Below, in pieces: positions 23,251 to 33,596 of a stretch of 64,000 bases of DNA. This DNA comes from Andalucia godoyi And28 (Eukaryota; Protista; Jakobida). The number at the start of each line of letters is the position of its first letter. Position 1 is the first letter of the stretch. The position numbers were made by a program, and so were the translations under genes. The notes below the pieces were generated by a model that saw only the letters and a program-made list of their open reading frames with translations, had not been told where the DNA came from and did not search any database. The DNA lies in the NCBI GenBank assembly GCA_009859145.1, contig VRVR01000022.1, forward strand, positions 124,001-188,000, given 5' to 3'.

Positions 23251-24522
23251 ATGCGTCGTGTTACTTGGCAAGCGGATGCCGACGAGTATGTCCGATACAA
23301 GGAGCATTCGACTCCCGGAGGTGCACCTTCTCCAGGACTTCATTCTTCGACTGGGCCAGGACCACTGGCACACGCGCCTCACTCCTCGACTGCCTCTGGC
23401 TATGCGCCGCTTGACCGCTCTGTTTTGGACTCGACAAGTTCCCCAGCCACTCAGAGCACGATGAATTCCAGCGGCACGTCAGGCAACTCGAACCATAGTT
23501 ATGCGAACACATATCAAGACCGTATCCCGGGGTTAATCTCGCAGTCACAGTCGCAGTCACAGTCGCAGCCGTTTCCTCGAGGTACGCCCTATCCACAACG
23601 GAATTCTAGAAATGCGACATCGAGCGGATCGGCGGTTACGGGATTCTCCGGAAGTGGAGTCGTTCATAGAATGCCTCCTGCGTCCCCACCGTCTCGGCAG
23701 ATCGATGCATATCATCGAATGCGAGACGGCAGTAGTTCATTGATTCATCAATCTCCGGATACTGCCAACAATAGTAATGCGAGTGGATTTGGGGGCAGTC
23801 TTGCGAGTTCCGCAACAGCAGCAGCAGCTGGTGGTGTCGGCGGAGGCAGTGGTAGCAATATCCACGGTGGAGGTGCATGGATCGAGAATCCGTGTGACCA
23901 CTGGGTGACGGTGTTTGGATTTCCAGCGTCGCGTTCATCAAGAGTCGTGGCCGAGTTTTCGCGAATTGGACTCGTATCTGCAACCTCGATTGTTTCTCCT
24001 TCCAACTCGTCTCTTCAGACGTCGCTGTTTTCGAACTCGATGACTGCGAATTCGTTCGTGTCGCCGCTTGATGGAGCTGAAGCAGCGGGTCAAGATGCTG
24101 GGGAGAGCGGGCATGGAAACTGGATTCACTTGCGGTTTGTATCACGCACCGATGCCCTCCATGCGCTCTCATGGCACTCGAGACTGCTGTTCCGCGACAC
24201 GATGATCGGAGTCACGCGTACAGAGCCCGAAGTCGTTCGGCTTGCCGAAGAACAAGCGGCCGGTGGGCGCATTGGATCTGTCCGGAAATCCACTGTGCAA
24301 AAAAAGAGAGCGTACACAGAGTCCATCGAGCCCACCATGCTGTTTGAGCAGCAGCAGCCACAATATCAACCACAATCACAGCAATCACAGCAACCGCAGC
24401 TGCAAAGACCCGGTGTGGTGGATTCATCGCTTTTGCTCGCAGAACCAGCCGCAAAGCAACCGCGGATCGAAAAGTGGGGCATCTGGTCTACCGTCAAGGA
24501 GTTCGTCATGGGCGGATTCTAA
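23251..24522 (+). CDS. NUP35: nucleoporin Nup35/Nup53 (MPPN RRM-like domain)
   Basis: WVTVFGFP....S.V..EFS..G, NWIHLRF....A..AL, MIGV in an otherwise S-rich disordered protein. Confidence 0.8.
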   Translation: MRRVTWQADADEYVRYKEHSTPGGAPSPGLHSSTGPGPLAHAPHSSTASGYAPLDRSVLDSTSSPATQSTMNSSGTSGNSNHSYANTYQDRIPGLISQSQSQSQSQPFPRGTPYPQRNSRNATSSGSAVTGFSGSGVVHRMPPASPPSRQIDAYHRMRDGSSSLIHQSPDTANNSNASGFGGSLASSATAAAAGGVGGGSGSNIHGGGAWIENPCDHWVTVFGFPASRSSRVVAEFSRIGLVSATSIVSPSNSSLQTSLFSNSMTANSFVSPLDGAEAAGQDAGESGHGNWIHLRFVSRTDALHALSWHSRLLFRDTMIGVTRTEPEVVRLAEEQAAGGRIGSVRKSTVQKKRAYTESIEPTMLFEQQQPQYQPQSQQSQQPQLQRPGVVDSSLLLAEPAAKQPRIEKWGIWSTVKEFVMGGF

Positions 24523-24606
24523 ACTCTCCACTACCCCGTTCTGGAGTACCATGCAGTAAAAAATAGCTATAATACTTCTTCATAGTGGATTAATGATCCC
24601 TCCTCA

Positions 24607-24957
24607 CCGCTGATTAGTAACACGTCATTGTCATGCATAAACAGACACGGTCAATACTGGCCGACACTAGCACGTTTGTTTTCACAGGAATTCGTGCTTA
24701 CGCGTAGCCATCTATGATTCGTCCAGCGCACTGCCAAGAGGCGAACTTCCAAGACACGATCTCCACTCCCCAGCACGCAGGGTAGCCAACCCCAAGCAGA
24801 AGCCTCAGGGACCGTCTCTTGCAGAACTCTTGGTTTTCTGTTACGAGTGCACCAGGCGGAAGCAAAGTGTTTGCCTATCCCCTTCCCGGCAACGGGATGC
24901 AAGATTGAATATGCATGCCTATTCGTAGATATGCATGTTCAATGTATAATGCAGGCG
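24607..24957 (+). mobile_element. non-autonomous IS607/Fanzor2-derived element, subfamily A (351 bp)
   Basis: Left end ACCGCTGATTAGTAACACGTC and right end GCCTATCCCCTTCCCGGCAACGGGATGCAAGATTGAATATGCAT...GTATAATGCAGGCG are homologous to the reverse complement of the 37/41/54-kb copies; the ~150-bp internal segment is unique. Confidence 0.85.
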
Positions 24958-25145
24958 TCTGTGCAATTTTTCGGCTTTTCTAACTTTTTACCTGACGTAC
25001 TTGCAGCTCCCTGAATCCGCAAGTCCACATTCCGCAGAGTTCCCGCAGTTTGCAGTTCATTTTGTACTTTTCCACCCCTTTGGGTTCGTGGTTTATTCGA
25101 GCCGGTAGTTGCGGGATTGAGAAGAGCCTTTAGGAATTACGAGAA

Positions 25146-26018
25146 ATGTCCGTTCGTGTATGGTTTGTGACTGGGTGCTCGAATGGGTTTGGGCTGACGC
25201 TCAGCGAGACCCTTTTGAGGGCAGGAGAGCGGGTATTCATGACCGCACGCCGAGTGGACTCGCTGGCGAGCCTGCTGGCAGAGTTTCCCGAGACAGCCCG
25301 ATGTGCTGAGCTTGACGTGACGAGCAGCGCACAAGCCTCTGCTGCGGTGCAGAAGTGCATTGATGTGTTTGGACGTATCGATGTGCTGCTCAACAATGCG
25401 GGATACGGGCTGGTTGGTGCAGTGGAGGAGACATCGGATGCCGAGATGCAGAAAAACTTCCAAGCAAACTTTTTTGGCCCGGTTTATGTGACGCAGGCTG
25501 CGCTTCCGTTCTTGCGCAAGCAGGCAAAGGAGGTCGTGGACGCAAATCAGAAGCCAGTCATTTTGTTCAACACCGCGATTGCTGCGTTGGAGAATGAAGC
25601 GGGGTTCGGCATTTACGGAGCTGCCAAGGCTGCACAGGAGGCAGTTGCAGAGTCGCTCCGTAAGGAGCTGGTGCCCGTTGGAATCCGCGTGGGTACCATT
25701 GTGCTTGGACCATTTCGCACTGGCTTCATTGGGTCTGGTCTGCAGACCACAGAAAAGAAAATCGATGATTACACAAACTCGAGCGGGAAGTTTGCGCATC
25801 ACTTGACAAACGTGATCAACGGCAGGCAGCCGGGAGATCCCGAGAAAGCTTCCAAAGCGGTCCTGGAAGCCGTCGTTGGAGCATTTACTGGCAAGCACCA
25901 GCTGCCCCACCGCCTGATTCTTGGAAGTTTCGCAGTTGCAAAGGTCGATGCATCGCTTGCTCACAGGAAGAAGGAACTTGACGAATGGCGCAATGTTGGC
26001 CAGGGCTGCGACTTCTGA
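25146..26018 (+). CDS. short-chain dehydrogenase/reductase (classical SDR)
   Basis: VWFVTGCSNGFG, GRIDVLLNNAGYG, N..G, Y.AAK, PGPF-like LGPFRTGF. Confidence 0.92.
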   Translation: MSVRVWFVTGCSNGFGLTLSETLLRAGERVFMTARRVDSLASLLAEFPETARCAELDVTSSAQASAAVQKCIDVFGRIDVLLNNAGYGLVGAVEETSDAEMQKNFQANFFGPVYVTQAALPFLRKQAKEVVDANQKPVILFNTAIAALENEAGFGIYGAAKAAQEAVAESLRKELVPVGIRVGTIVLGPFRTGFIGSGLQTTEKKIDDYTNSSGKFAHHLTNVINGRQPGDPEKASKAVLEAVVGAFTGKHQLPHRLILGSFAVAKVDASLAHRKKELDEWRNVGQGCDF

Positions 26019-26147
26019 TTCATTCTTGAAGAATGAGTGGAAAAAAACCTGCTACCACCCGACTGTATGCCTAGACCTCTGTAAACGAAATAGCCGTCCT
26101 TTCCTAGCGGATTTCTTCGTGCGCCCTGCAGATTTTATCTCTCCATT

Positions 26148-28376
26148 TTACTGCTGATCCTCAATACGATTCATCTTTTGAGAGTCGGCTTCATTGCCGC
26201 TGTGCACACGCTCACATTCGCAATCACAGTCACGGACTTCAAGGTGCTTCATGACTGCAGTCAGGTACGCGATAGCGGCCCACCGCTTATTCACTTCCGA
26301 AACTGCCTGTTGTGCGAATCCAATATTGTAGTAATCAAACTGGATGAACGTCGGAAGTCGATGACACTCGGTGGTCATTGCATCGACCCTGCGCATGATC
26401 GAATGATATCGATTAGCCTTGATTGCAAGGGATTTCCGTCCAGATGCAATTCCCAATATGTAGTGATGGATCATGACAAGGCCGTCCTGGCGCACCACGG
26501 GTTCGTACGCCTCTGTTCGCAGTCCAATCTTATCCAAACCATGTACATCACGAAAGTGGAAGTGGGTTTCACACAGAATGTGGTGTGCATCCACAAACTG
26601 CGGATACGGACTGTTCTTCTCATCGCATAAAACTACATATCGTATCTGTTTGGACGGCTGGGGCGACGCACCGTGCGACGGATCGTTTGCATCCAAGTCA
26701 ATCACAGTCTTTGTTTCCATGGCGCTCCCGTTTTCCGATGACACTGGAGATTCTTCTGCGTGAACGTCCTCGCCATTAAAACTTTCGCTTCCAGCCAACA
26801 GACATGGTGATGGCGATGGCGATGGCGATGGCGAAGACGAAGACGAAGGCGGGGAAAGCGCAGTGAGACATTGATAAGACGGCCATTCTCGAGGATGCCT
26901 TTGTGAAAGTTGTGGTGGAGTCCAAATCATATCAAAGATTCCGGCCTCCTCAAACTCCTTCTTGATCATGTTCCACATCGCAGCATGCCGATCGCATTTT
27001 CTCAGGTTTAAGAAAATGGTCACGATTGCGGGTGCACCGTTGGCATTTGCGCTTGTCTTTTCGGATTGTGTGCTGAAATGGGATTCAATCTCTTTTAGAA
27101 CCTTGTGGAGACGCTGATGACAGGGATCGATCCGTCGATCTCCACCTCCAGAATGGGCAACCCACATTCCAAGACGTCGTTTCGACTTCGGATCCGCACT
27201 TTCAAAAGACGCAATAGCATCTTTCTTTACGAAATCCACGCAAATCGGAAGTTTGAATGCTCTGATACCTTCTGCAAGCTGAACGCTCACAGGTTTTGTT
27301 GCGCACTGGTTCGCAACGATCGACAGTGACTTTGACAGCGAAGTAGAATTATGTGTCATCAGATAACATTGCTGAGAGTACGGCAAGCGATGCAGAATGC
27401 CATCCTCAATATTCAGCGAATCAAAATTCAAATTCAAAAGTGACTGGGAACGAATCGATCGATTCAAAACACTGCACAGATGCATCGAAAGAGGCTTTGG
27501 AATCCATATGTCGGAACCATTCAATACATCCGTTGACGCTGTGGCAAGTGCAGCACACGAATCGATGAACACGGGGTCGAATGTTTGAAGGTCTTTTGGC
27601 CCTTTCACGAGTTTGCACGTGTGGAAAAGATGGCAATAAGTCCTCCAGAACGAAGCATTTCTCTTTGTGCCCGTTCCAGCCGAAGAGGCCATATATTGCG
27701 GCAAGAAGGCCATGGCGGAGACGGAAGTTCCCGCGGAGGTACTGCCGCTGGTGGTGGTGGTGGTGGTGACTGCGGCGTCGCTGATCTTCTGAGCAACAGA
27801 GATGTGGACTGCGTAGACTGACGCAGCGGCAGGCGGTGTCCAATGATCGGGTGACACTGCATTTCCCAGTACTACAAATTCAGGGTGCGGACACTGTCCG
27901 CGCCACACCGCAACAGGACGTGTGGCGCCCGACTTCTGATCATTCCAAACAAGCGTGAAATCCCGGACAGGCATTACAAATCTGGGATCATTGACACAGA
28001 ATATAGCATATGCAATGTCTGTGGACTCGGGAATTCGGCCCGACACTGCATGCCCGAGAGGAACACATCCTTTGGGGGTCTTCGGGGCTACAAAGCCCCA
28101 CTTTTTCTTGTAAAACACCCCACCCGCTCCCCGCGTGTCCCATATCGGTTCGCTTTCCACCGGCTTCACCACATACGGATACAGCGGGTTGTGAATGCAG
28201 TGTCTCACCATCTCCATTCCTACCGGAACAACCGGAACAACCAGTGCTTCCGATTCTGCTGCGTTGGTCGCATTCAGGCACTCAGCACCACCACCGGCTT
28301 CAGAAGCAGCAGCACAATTCTGAAATAGACTCTTTTCAACTTCTGAATTCACCACCTGTCGTAAATCACTCGTCAT
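26148..28376 (-). CDS. PI-PLC X-box-like phosphodiesterase with N-terminal Vps62/DUF946-like region
   Basis: MTHNS...ANQ...V..QLAEGIRAFKL and FIQFDYY resemble PLC-like phosphodiesterases; N-terminal PKGCVPLGH.V, VAVWRGQCPHPEFVVLGN.V resembles Vps62-like repeats. Confidence 0.55.
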   Translation of the reverse strand: MTSDLRQVVNSEVEKSLFQNCAAASEAGGGAECLNATNAAESEALVVPVVPVGMEMVRHCIHNPLYPYVVKPVESEPIWDTRGAGGVFYKKKWGFVAPKTPKGCVPLGHAVSGRIPESTDIAYAIFCVNDPRFVMPVRDFTLVWNDQKSGATRPVAVWRGQCPHPEFVVLGNAVSPDHWTPPAAASVYAVHISVAQKISDAAVTTTTTTSGSTSAGTSVSAMAFLPQYMASSAGTGTKRNASFWRTYCHLFHTCKLVKGPKDLQTFDPVFIDSCAALATASTDVLNGSDIWIPKPLSMHLCSVLNRSIRSQSLLNLNFDSLNIEDGILHRLPYSQQCYLMTHNSTSLSKSLSIVANQCATKPVSVQLAEGIRAFKLPICVDFVKKDAIASFESADPKSKRRLGMWVAHSGGGDRRIDPCHQRLHKVLKEIESHFSTQSEKTSANANGAPAIVTIFLNLRKCDRHAAMWNMIKKEFEEAGIFDMIWTPPQLSQRHPREWPSYQCLTALSPPSSSSSPSPSPSPSPCLLAGSESFNGEDVHAEESPVSSENGSAMETKTVIDLDANDPSHGASPQPSKQIRYVVLCDEKNSPYPQFVDAHHILCETHFHFRDVHGLDKIGLRTEAYEPVVRQDGLVMIHHYILGIASGRKSLAIKANRYHSIMRRVDAMTTECHRLPTFIQFDYYNIGFAQQAVSEVNKRWAAIAYLTAVMKHLEVRDCDCECERVHSGNEADSQKMNRIEDQQ

Positions 28377-28857
28377 TCCTTCGGGGGACACACACTCGGT
28401 TCTCGGATAGCCAAAAAAAATAAATTAAAAAAAAAGAAGAATGTCTACCAATGGCAGGAACAACGACGCATATAAACAGAACAAAAAGCACAAGTATGTG
28501 AAAGGAGGAGAAAAAAATACTAAAAAAAATAATATATATATATATATATAAATGTCAATCAACTTAAAAAATAAGCAAACGAAATGAAAAAGCCGAGTTT
28601 TTGCGGGAAAATCAGCGAAAACGCACGTTTTCTCCGTTTTGCATTTCCGCAAATGATTACAGCAGATGCTCATAACTTGCCGAGACGAAAGGAGGAACGA
28701 ATCATGAAGCAAACATGCGTACTGAAGAAGGATTACGAGCATTGCGTAATGAAGCAAGCAGAGCATCGAATAAGAAAGGTCAATTCTGTTGTGTGTAGAA
28801 CACGTGGAAATCATGGTATTCCCTTGCTACCAACTGGATACGGGGTAATCATCATGA

Positions 28858-29493
28858 TCATCTCCTCTTCACCGAGTGGTTCCTCTTGGGTGGTCTTCTG
28901 AAAACGGAATTTGGAGTTCCGACCTTGAAAAATGCTGTGATGAGCAATCTGAGAATGCAGAACAGGGCGGACAGTCCAATGATGCTACCCATCAAGATTC
29001 CTTGATACCTTTTCAACCAAGTGAACACGCGGTCTTTGAGAAACCGTGTGATTGATGAACATGCTCCTGATGTGGATGTGGATGTGCATTGGGATGTGGA
29101 TGTGGCCTTCAGATGCTGGAGAGACGCTGGAGGAGTTAGCCCCGGATATTTTTGCGACAAAACAAGAATGCACCAATCCATCGATGAGAAATCGCGGATC
29201 GCAGTGGTCAGTGCCGACATAGAGATCATGCGAACAGCATCGACAATGGAACAGAGAGTGGATTCCGCGAGTCTTGCGTGAGAGTTGCGACAGTGACTGA
29301 TGTTTTGGAAGACTTGCGACAAGACTCGGGCGTTGCATCGATCAACGTCGAGTACCGCGTTGACTTCAGAAAGCTCAAGGCCAAGTGCAAGACATCCGCA
29401 TCGTGCTGCAGCATCCGGAAGCCCTCGGTTCTGCAGAGACTCGACGGAATCAAGCGCCTTGTCAAGATCCATCATCTCCATCGTCATCGTCAT
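28858..29493 (-). CDS. hypothetical protein with C-terminal transmembrane helix
   Basis: 211-aa ORF; GILMGSIIGLSALFCILRLLITAFF. Confidence 0.55.
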   Translation of the reverse strand: MTMTMEMMDLDKALDSVESLQNRGLPDAAARCGCLALGLELSEVNAVLDVDRCNARVLSQVFQNISHCRNSHARLAESTLCSIVDAVRMISMSALTTAIRDFSSMDWCILVLSQKYPGLTPPASLQHLKATSTSQCTSTSTSGACSSITRFLKDRVFTWLKRYQGILMGSIIGLSALFCILRLLITAFFKVGTPNSVFRRPPKRNHSVKRR

Positions 29494-29746
29494 CGTCTCG
29501 CTGCGTCTTGCAAAACAGAATACTTGATGCGTGATTCACGTCCTTTGTTGTTCGTGTTTTTTTATTAAAAAAAAATGCTACTTGCAAACTGCAACCTGGC
29601 TGAGAACACATCAAAATCCTTTTCTTATTTTTGTCGGCTGAGGAACATACGCACGTTATCCGATTTGGTATATTGTAGACAGTGGTCAACGATGTTTTTT
29701 TCCCTGTGATTTTACAGAACTGTACTTTATACAGATGAAGTGTGCG

Positions 29747-32700
29747 CTACAAAAGGTGCGTTATCGGTGAATCGTCTTGCAAAAGCTGGAGGAGTTGGAG
29801 CCGTCGGACTTGCCGAGCCTTTTGAATTTCGAGCGCAATGCGTTCCTGGACAACTTCGAACATTTCCGGGACCGTGAATCGAACGTACAGGATAACATCG
29901 TCCTTCGGAGACGGAGGAGCCTGGACGCACATTGCTTGTTGCGCCGGAGTTCGAGGAGGTTGCTGGTGATCCGCTAGCGGTAATCCAACAAGAGGTGGGC
30001 TACTGACCGCCGAGCCACTTGCAGAACCACCACCAGGCGCTCCAGAAAAGGAGCCAGATGCGGAGTTCGTACCCGAACCTGAACCTGAACCCGAGCCAGA
30101 GCTGGAGCCAGAGCTGGAATTCGAGTTTGACGAGGAGGGCTGAATTGGGTTTTGTGCAGCGGAGGGCATTGTTGGTGAGACGGAAGACACAGATGCTTCA
30201 ATCTTGGGGTTTGCCGGCGGATCTCCACTGATGTGAAAATAAGGGACCACGAGAGCGAAGGTGTACGGCACTTCGCAGCGAACCACGCGGCCCCACAGAA
30301 TAGGAAACGACATGTCCACCTCTAGCGTCTCCGAGCCATCGATGCTTGGATGTGCAACATAGCAGAACGAGTTTGCGAAAAAGATGGTTGCGTCGTGACG
30401 ATACGCATATTCAGACCACATGATCGGTGGAGCGGGACCGTCTGGAGCACGAATTTCAGCACGCAGCCAGCAGGGAGACATGGAATCGACTGGCGCCGAC
30501 ATGGATACCTTCTGTCGGGTTCGGTATGGCCGGGTTGCGCGAGGAAACAGCAGCTCTCCATCCCTCCAATCATTCCGCTTGCTGTCCGGGCATGATACGC
30601 GCGGAAGAAGCGACCGAAGAGCAAGAAACTTGTGCAAATCGGCAACCATGACTTCCACAGGGGTCATCGGCAGCCTTCTCCAGGGCTCCACAGCTTCTCG
30701 AAATGTCGCACACTGCAAAACATTCGCTTCGGTCCAGTCAAACGGCGCGAAACACAAGGATGGATCGGATAAGAAGCGCTCCCAGCGCATCGACTCAATC
30801 TGCTTGAGTTTTGAAAACAGCGTGTCAATACGCGTGATAAAGAATTCATAAAACATCTGGTCGGGATCATTGAAAAACGCAAACGCACGCTTGCGTAAGC
30901 GCAGAAACAAGTTGAGCAAACGGTCCTTGGCTTGGGGAAACGACAGCCAGATGGAGTCAGAGAGCGCAAATGTCTGCGGATACGCAGATGGAATGGATGA
31001 CGACAGTTCGGAGGTGATGGAGGACGGATCCGAGACAGAGTATAGCATGGAAAGCAAACGACACGCAAGATGAACTGTGACGACTCGGCGCTTCGAAGAC
31101 GGGGAATCAATCACCATGAGAAGGGCTTCCGCGAAATCTGCTTCAGAGACGGGCCGATGAATGGGCAAAAACGTTCGAATTCGACTCGTTTCCGGGACTG
31201 CAAACAGGCGGATGCGAATGGGCAAAGAATAGGCTGCATACAGTGTGACTGTGATGTTCGTTTCCAGCGGTTCTCTCACGTCTTGTGAGCCTTGGCTCGT
31301 GTCTTCTTCAGGCCGACCCTCATGGCGGCCGTCCTCACCATTTGAACTTGTAGCTTTCTCTTCGGACGGACAATGGTCAGCCAAGTCTGCTGCATCGGAT
31401 TTGCTGTGTTTCCTGGACAAAACCGTAGTGTTCTTGAAGGCCATATCAGAATTCCTTTTTCCACCTTCTGAATTGTCGGGAAAGACACGATTTCCGGCTT
31501 CTGCTGCAGTAGGCGAGGTTGGAGCGGACAAGGATGAAGTCCCGTCCGCTTCCACGAGCAACTGCGCCACCAAAGACCGCTGTCTCAGCAACGAAGAGGG
31601 CAACAATCCAACACGATCCAAAACATGTGGGTCAATTTGATGATGCAATTCAACGAGTGCTCCAAAGAACGCAAGGGATGTCGAAACCACCCGGTCGTCC
31701 TCGTGTAGCAGAATGGAGGAAATCCGTTTTCCAAACACATTCGTTACCAAGGGCGACTTTTCCTCGAGTGCCGAATTTGCTAATGTCTGCAGAAACTCTG
31801 GGTCCCTTTCTCCCAGCAACCCGCACTGAGACAGCAAGAACAGCGTCCATCCGCAGTCAAAAGGCTTCGTAATCAACACATTAATAAACTCAGTGACTAG
31901 ATGAGAATGCAGAGCAGCGGACAACGGCGCAAGTCTCAGCGACAAGATATCGCCGAGATAGTACATATCGTCAAACACCTGGGAGGAAATTCTCCCCGTA
32001 AGCTTTCCATATTCAGGGAGTCCAAAGGACGATGTGTGGTGACGCATTCCGACACGAGTGGAGTGCAGCGGTGACTCCACTGCATATCCCCAAGCTTTGG
32101 CGATCTTATCCACATTTTCGCATGAGCCCATAAGCACAGAAACCAGTTTGCGGAGATAAGGATTCTCCTCTTTCCTTAGAACGAAGTCCATTGCCGGATT
32201 TGAAAACTCGCACACACGAAACACATTTAGCGCGATGGTACGGACGGATGCTCGGATCATGGCTTCCTCGTGGCGGAAGAACCTGATGGCCTCCGTATAC
32301 AGAGGAAACCGTGAGTCGTTCGGGAAAAAGAAGAACTGCAGGGTTCTTGTGTTGAGCTTAAAAGAGAGGATCTTCAAAAAAGTGACGTAATGTGCAAGCA
32401 CTTCTTCATCCTCAAAATCAAACCCGTGCATTCCGATAAATTCGTTGATGTTGTTCTGGCTCAGTAAGTAGTACAGACTCGTTTCGTTTCCAGTGTTTTG
32501 GACCAGAATTGAAAGCGTCTGCAAAGCTTGGATCTGGACGTGCCTTTGCGGATACTGCAACAAGAATATCTTGAGCATTTCTTCTTCGAAAAAGTAATGA
32601 AACAGCGAATCGTCATTCTGGTCGCTCCAGATAAGAATCTCTGCAAGCTGTCTCAAGTTTTCAATGAGCGCCGATTCATGCTGTCCACGCTTCTCACGAC

Positions 32701-32929
32701 TTGCCGTTGCACCATTTCCCGCCAGCACAATCGGAAAAGACTTTTGGAGCTGCGAATTCAGCTGCTTCAGCCGGTTCATTGAGAACTTTTTCTTGTCCTT
32801 CTTTTGAGAGCCTGACTCGGAGGGCGAGGAAGAAACAAAGTTTGGCGGAGACGACAGCGGAGGCGACGTCATGTTCGTTGGACTGTTACTGGACCCAACA
32901 GAATCCCACCATTGCGAAAGCCGCTTCAT
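29747..32929 (-). CDS. CLEC16A: CLEC16A/TT9 (FPL domain) endosomal/autophagy protein
   Basis: IENLRQLAEILIWSDQND, Q.LQTLSIL.QN...ETSLYYLLSQN.IN, DEEVLAHYVTFLK.LS.KLN, FPLYTEAI.F..H.E.M.RASVRTI.LN. Confidence 0.92.
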   Translation of the reverse strand: MKRLSQWWDSVGSSNSPTNMTSPPLSSPPNFVSSSPSESGSQKKDKKKFSMNRLKQLNSQLQKSFPIVLAGNGATASREKRGQHESALIENLRQLAEILIWSDQNDDSLFHYFFEEEMLKIFLLQYPQRHVQIQALQTLSILVQNTGNETSLYYLLSQNNINEFIGMHGFDFEDEEVLAHYVTFLKILSFKLNTRTLQFFFFPNDSRFPLYTEAIRFFRHEEAMIRASVRTIALNVFRVCEFSNPAMDFVLRKEENPYLRKLVSVLMGSCENVDKIAKAWGYAVESPLHSTRVGMRHHTSSFGLPEYGKLTGRISSQVFDDMYYLGDILSLRLAPLSAALHSHLVTEFINVLITKPFDCGWTLFLLSQCGLLGERDPEFLQTLANSALEEKSPLVTNVFGKRISSILLHEDDRVVSTSLAFFGALVELHHQIDPHVLDRVGLLPSSLLRQRSLVAQLLVEADGTSSLSAPTSPTAAEAGNRVFPDNSEGGKRNSDMAFKNTTVLSRKHSKSDAADLADHCPSEEKATSSNGEDGRHEGRPEEDTSQGSQDVREPLETNITVTLYAAYSLPIRIRLFAVPETSRIRTFLPIHRPVSEADFAEALLMVIDSPSSKRRVVTVHLACRLLSMLYSVSDPSSITSELSSSIPSAYPQTFALSDSIWLSFPQAKDRLLNLFLRLRKRAFAFFNDPDQMFYEFFITRIDTLFSKLKQIESMRWERFLSDPSLCFAPFDWTEANVLQCATFREAVEPWRRLPMTPVEVMVADLHKFLALRSLLPRVSCPDSKRNDWRDGELLFPRATRPYRTRQKVSMSAPVDSMSPCWLRAEIRAPDGPAPPIMWSEYAYRHDATIFFANSFCYVAHPSIDGSETLEVDMSFPILWGRVVRCEVPYTFALVVPYFHISGDPPANPKIEASVSSVSPTMPSAAQNPIQPSSSNSNSSSGSSSGSGSGSGSGTNSASGSFSGAPGGGSASGSAVSSPPLVGLPLADHQQPPRTPAQQAMCVQAPPSPKDDVILYVRFTVPEMFEVVQERIALEIQKARQVRRLQLLQLLQDDSPITHLL

Positions 32930-33270
32930 TCTCGATCCATTATCTGCTCAAGTAAAAATATTCACTCAATTCGCTCAATTCTCTTTTAACTCAACCAGAA
33001 GAGACAGCCTACGAAGAAAAACAACAACTTCAATTAAGCAAAACAAAGGAAAGACAGGATGGAATCAGCTGTCGGAGAGAGCAATCCATCGAGGAGTGAC
33101 ATAACGACAAGAGCACAAAAGAGCTTGCGCTTGGTTGAGGGGAAAACAGAGGCACGGAAAGGAAGGTCTGTGGATTCCAATTTGCAGTGGATTGAAGGGG
33201 TGTGTCGACTTTTGGCGATCTCTAAGTCGTGTTCCGTTTGGTGAAAAGAACTGCACTTTCTGTACTGTGT

Positions 33271-33389
33271 AGGTACGGCCATACTAGAGTGAAAATACCG
33301 CATCCCGTCCGATTTGCGAAGTCAAGTGCTCTCAGGCTGGAGTAGTACTGAGGTGGGTGACCACTCGGGAATTCCCAGTGCTGTACTTT
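33271..33389 (+). rRNA. 5S rRNA, solitary copy
   Basis: AGGTACGGCCATAC...CCCGTCCGAT...AGTACT...GGGTGACCAC...GCTGTACTT; 9-bp helix I pairing; about 119 nt; followed by a T5 Pol III terminator. Confidence 0.93.
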
Positions 33390-33391
33390 TT
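33387..33391 (+). terminator. Pol III oligo-T terminator of the 5S gene
   Basis: TTTTT at the 5S 3' end, with a second T5 a few bases downstream. Confidence 0.7.
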
Positions 33392-33596
33392 GCGACTTTT
33401 TGCTTCTTCTTCTTCTTCTGTTGTTGTTTGTTGACTGCGCGTGCTTTTCATTCTCCTGCAGGAATGATGATGTCAACACCAACAAAAAGGCAACACAAGC
33501 GACTTGGAGATAGATACCTAGGAATAAAATTCACACACACGCACAACCCTTGTTTTTAAATGAATTGCTGACAGTTTGTAAAGCACACAGTAAAAC

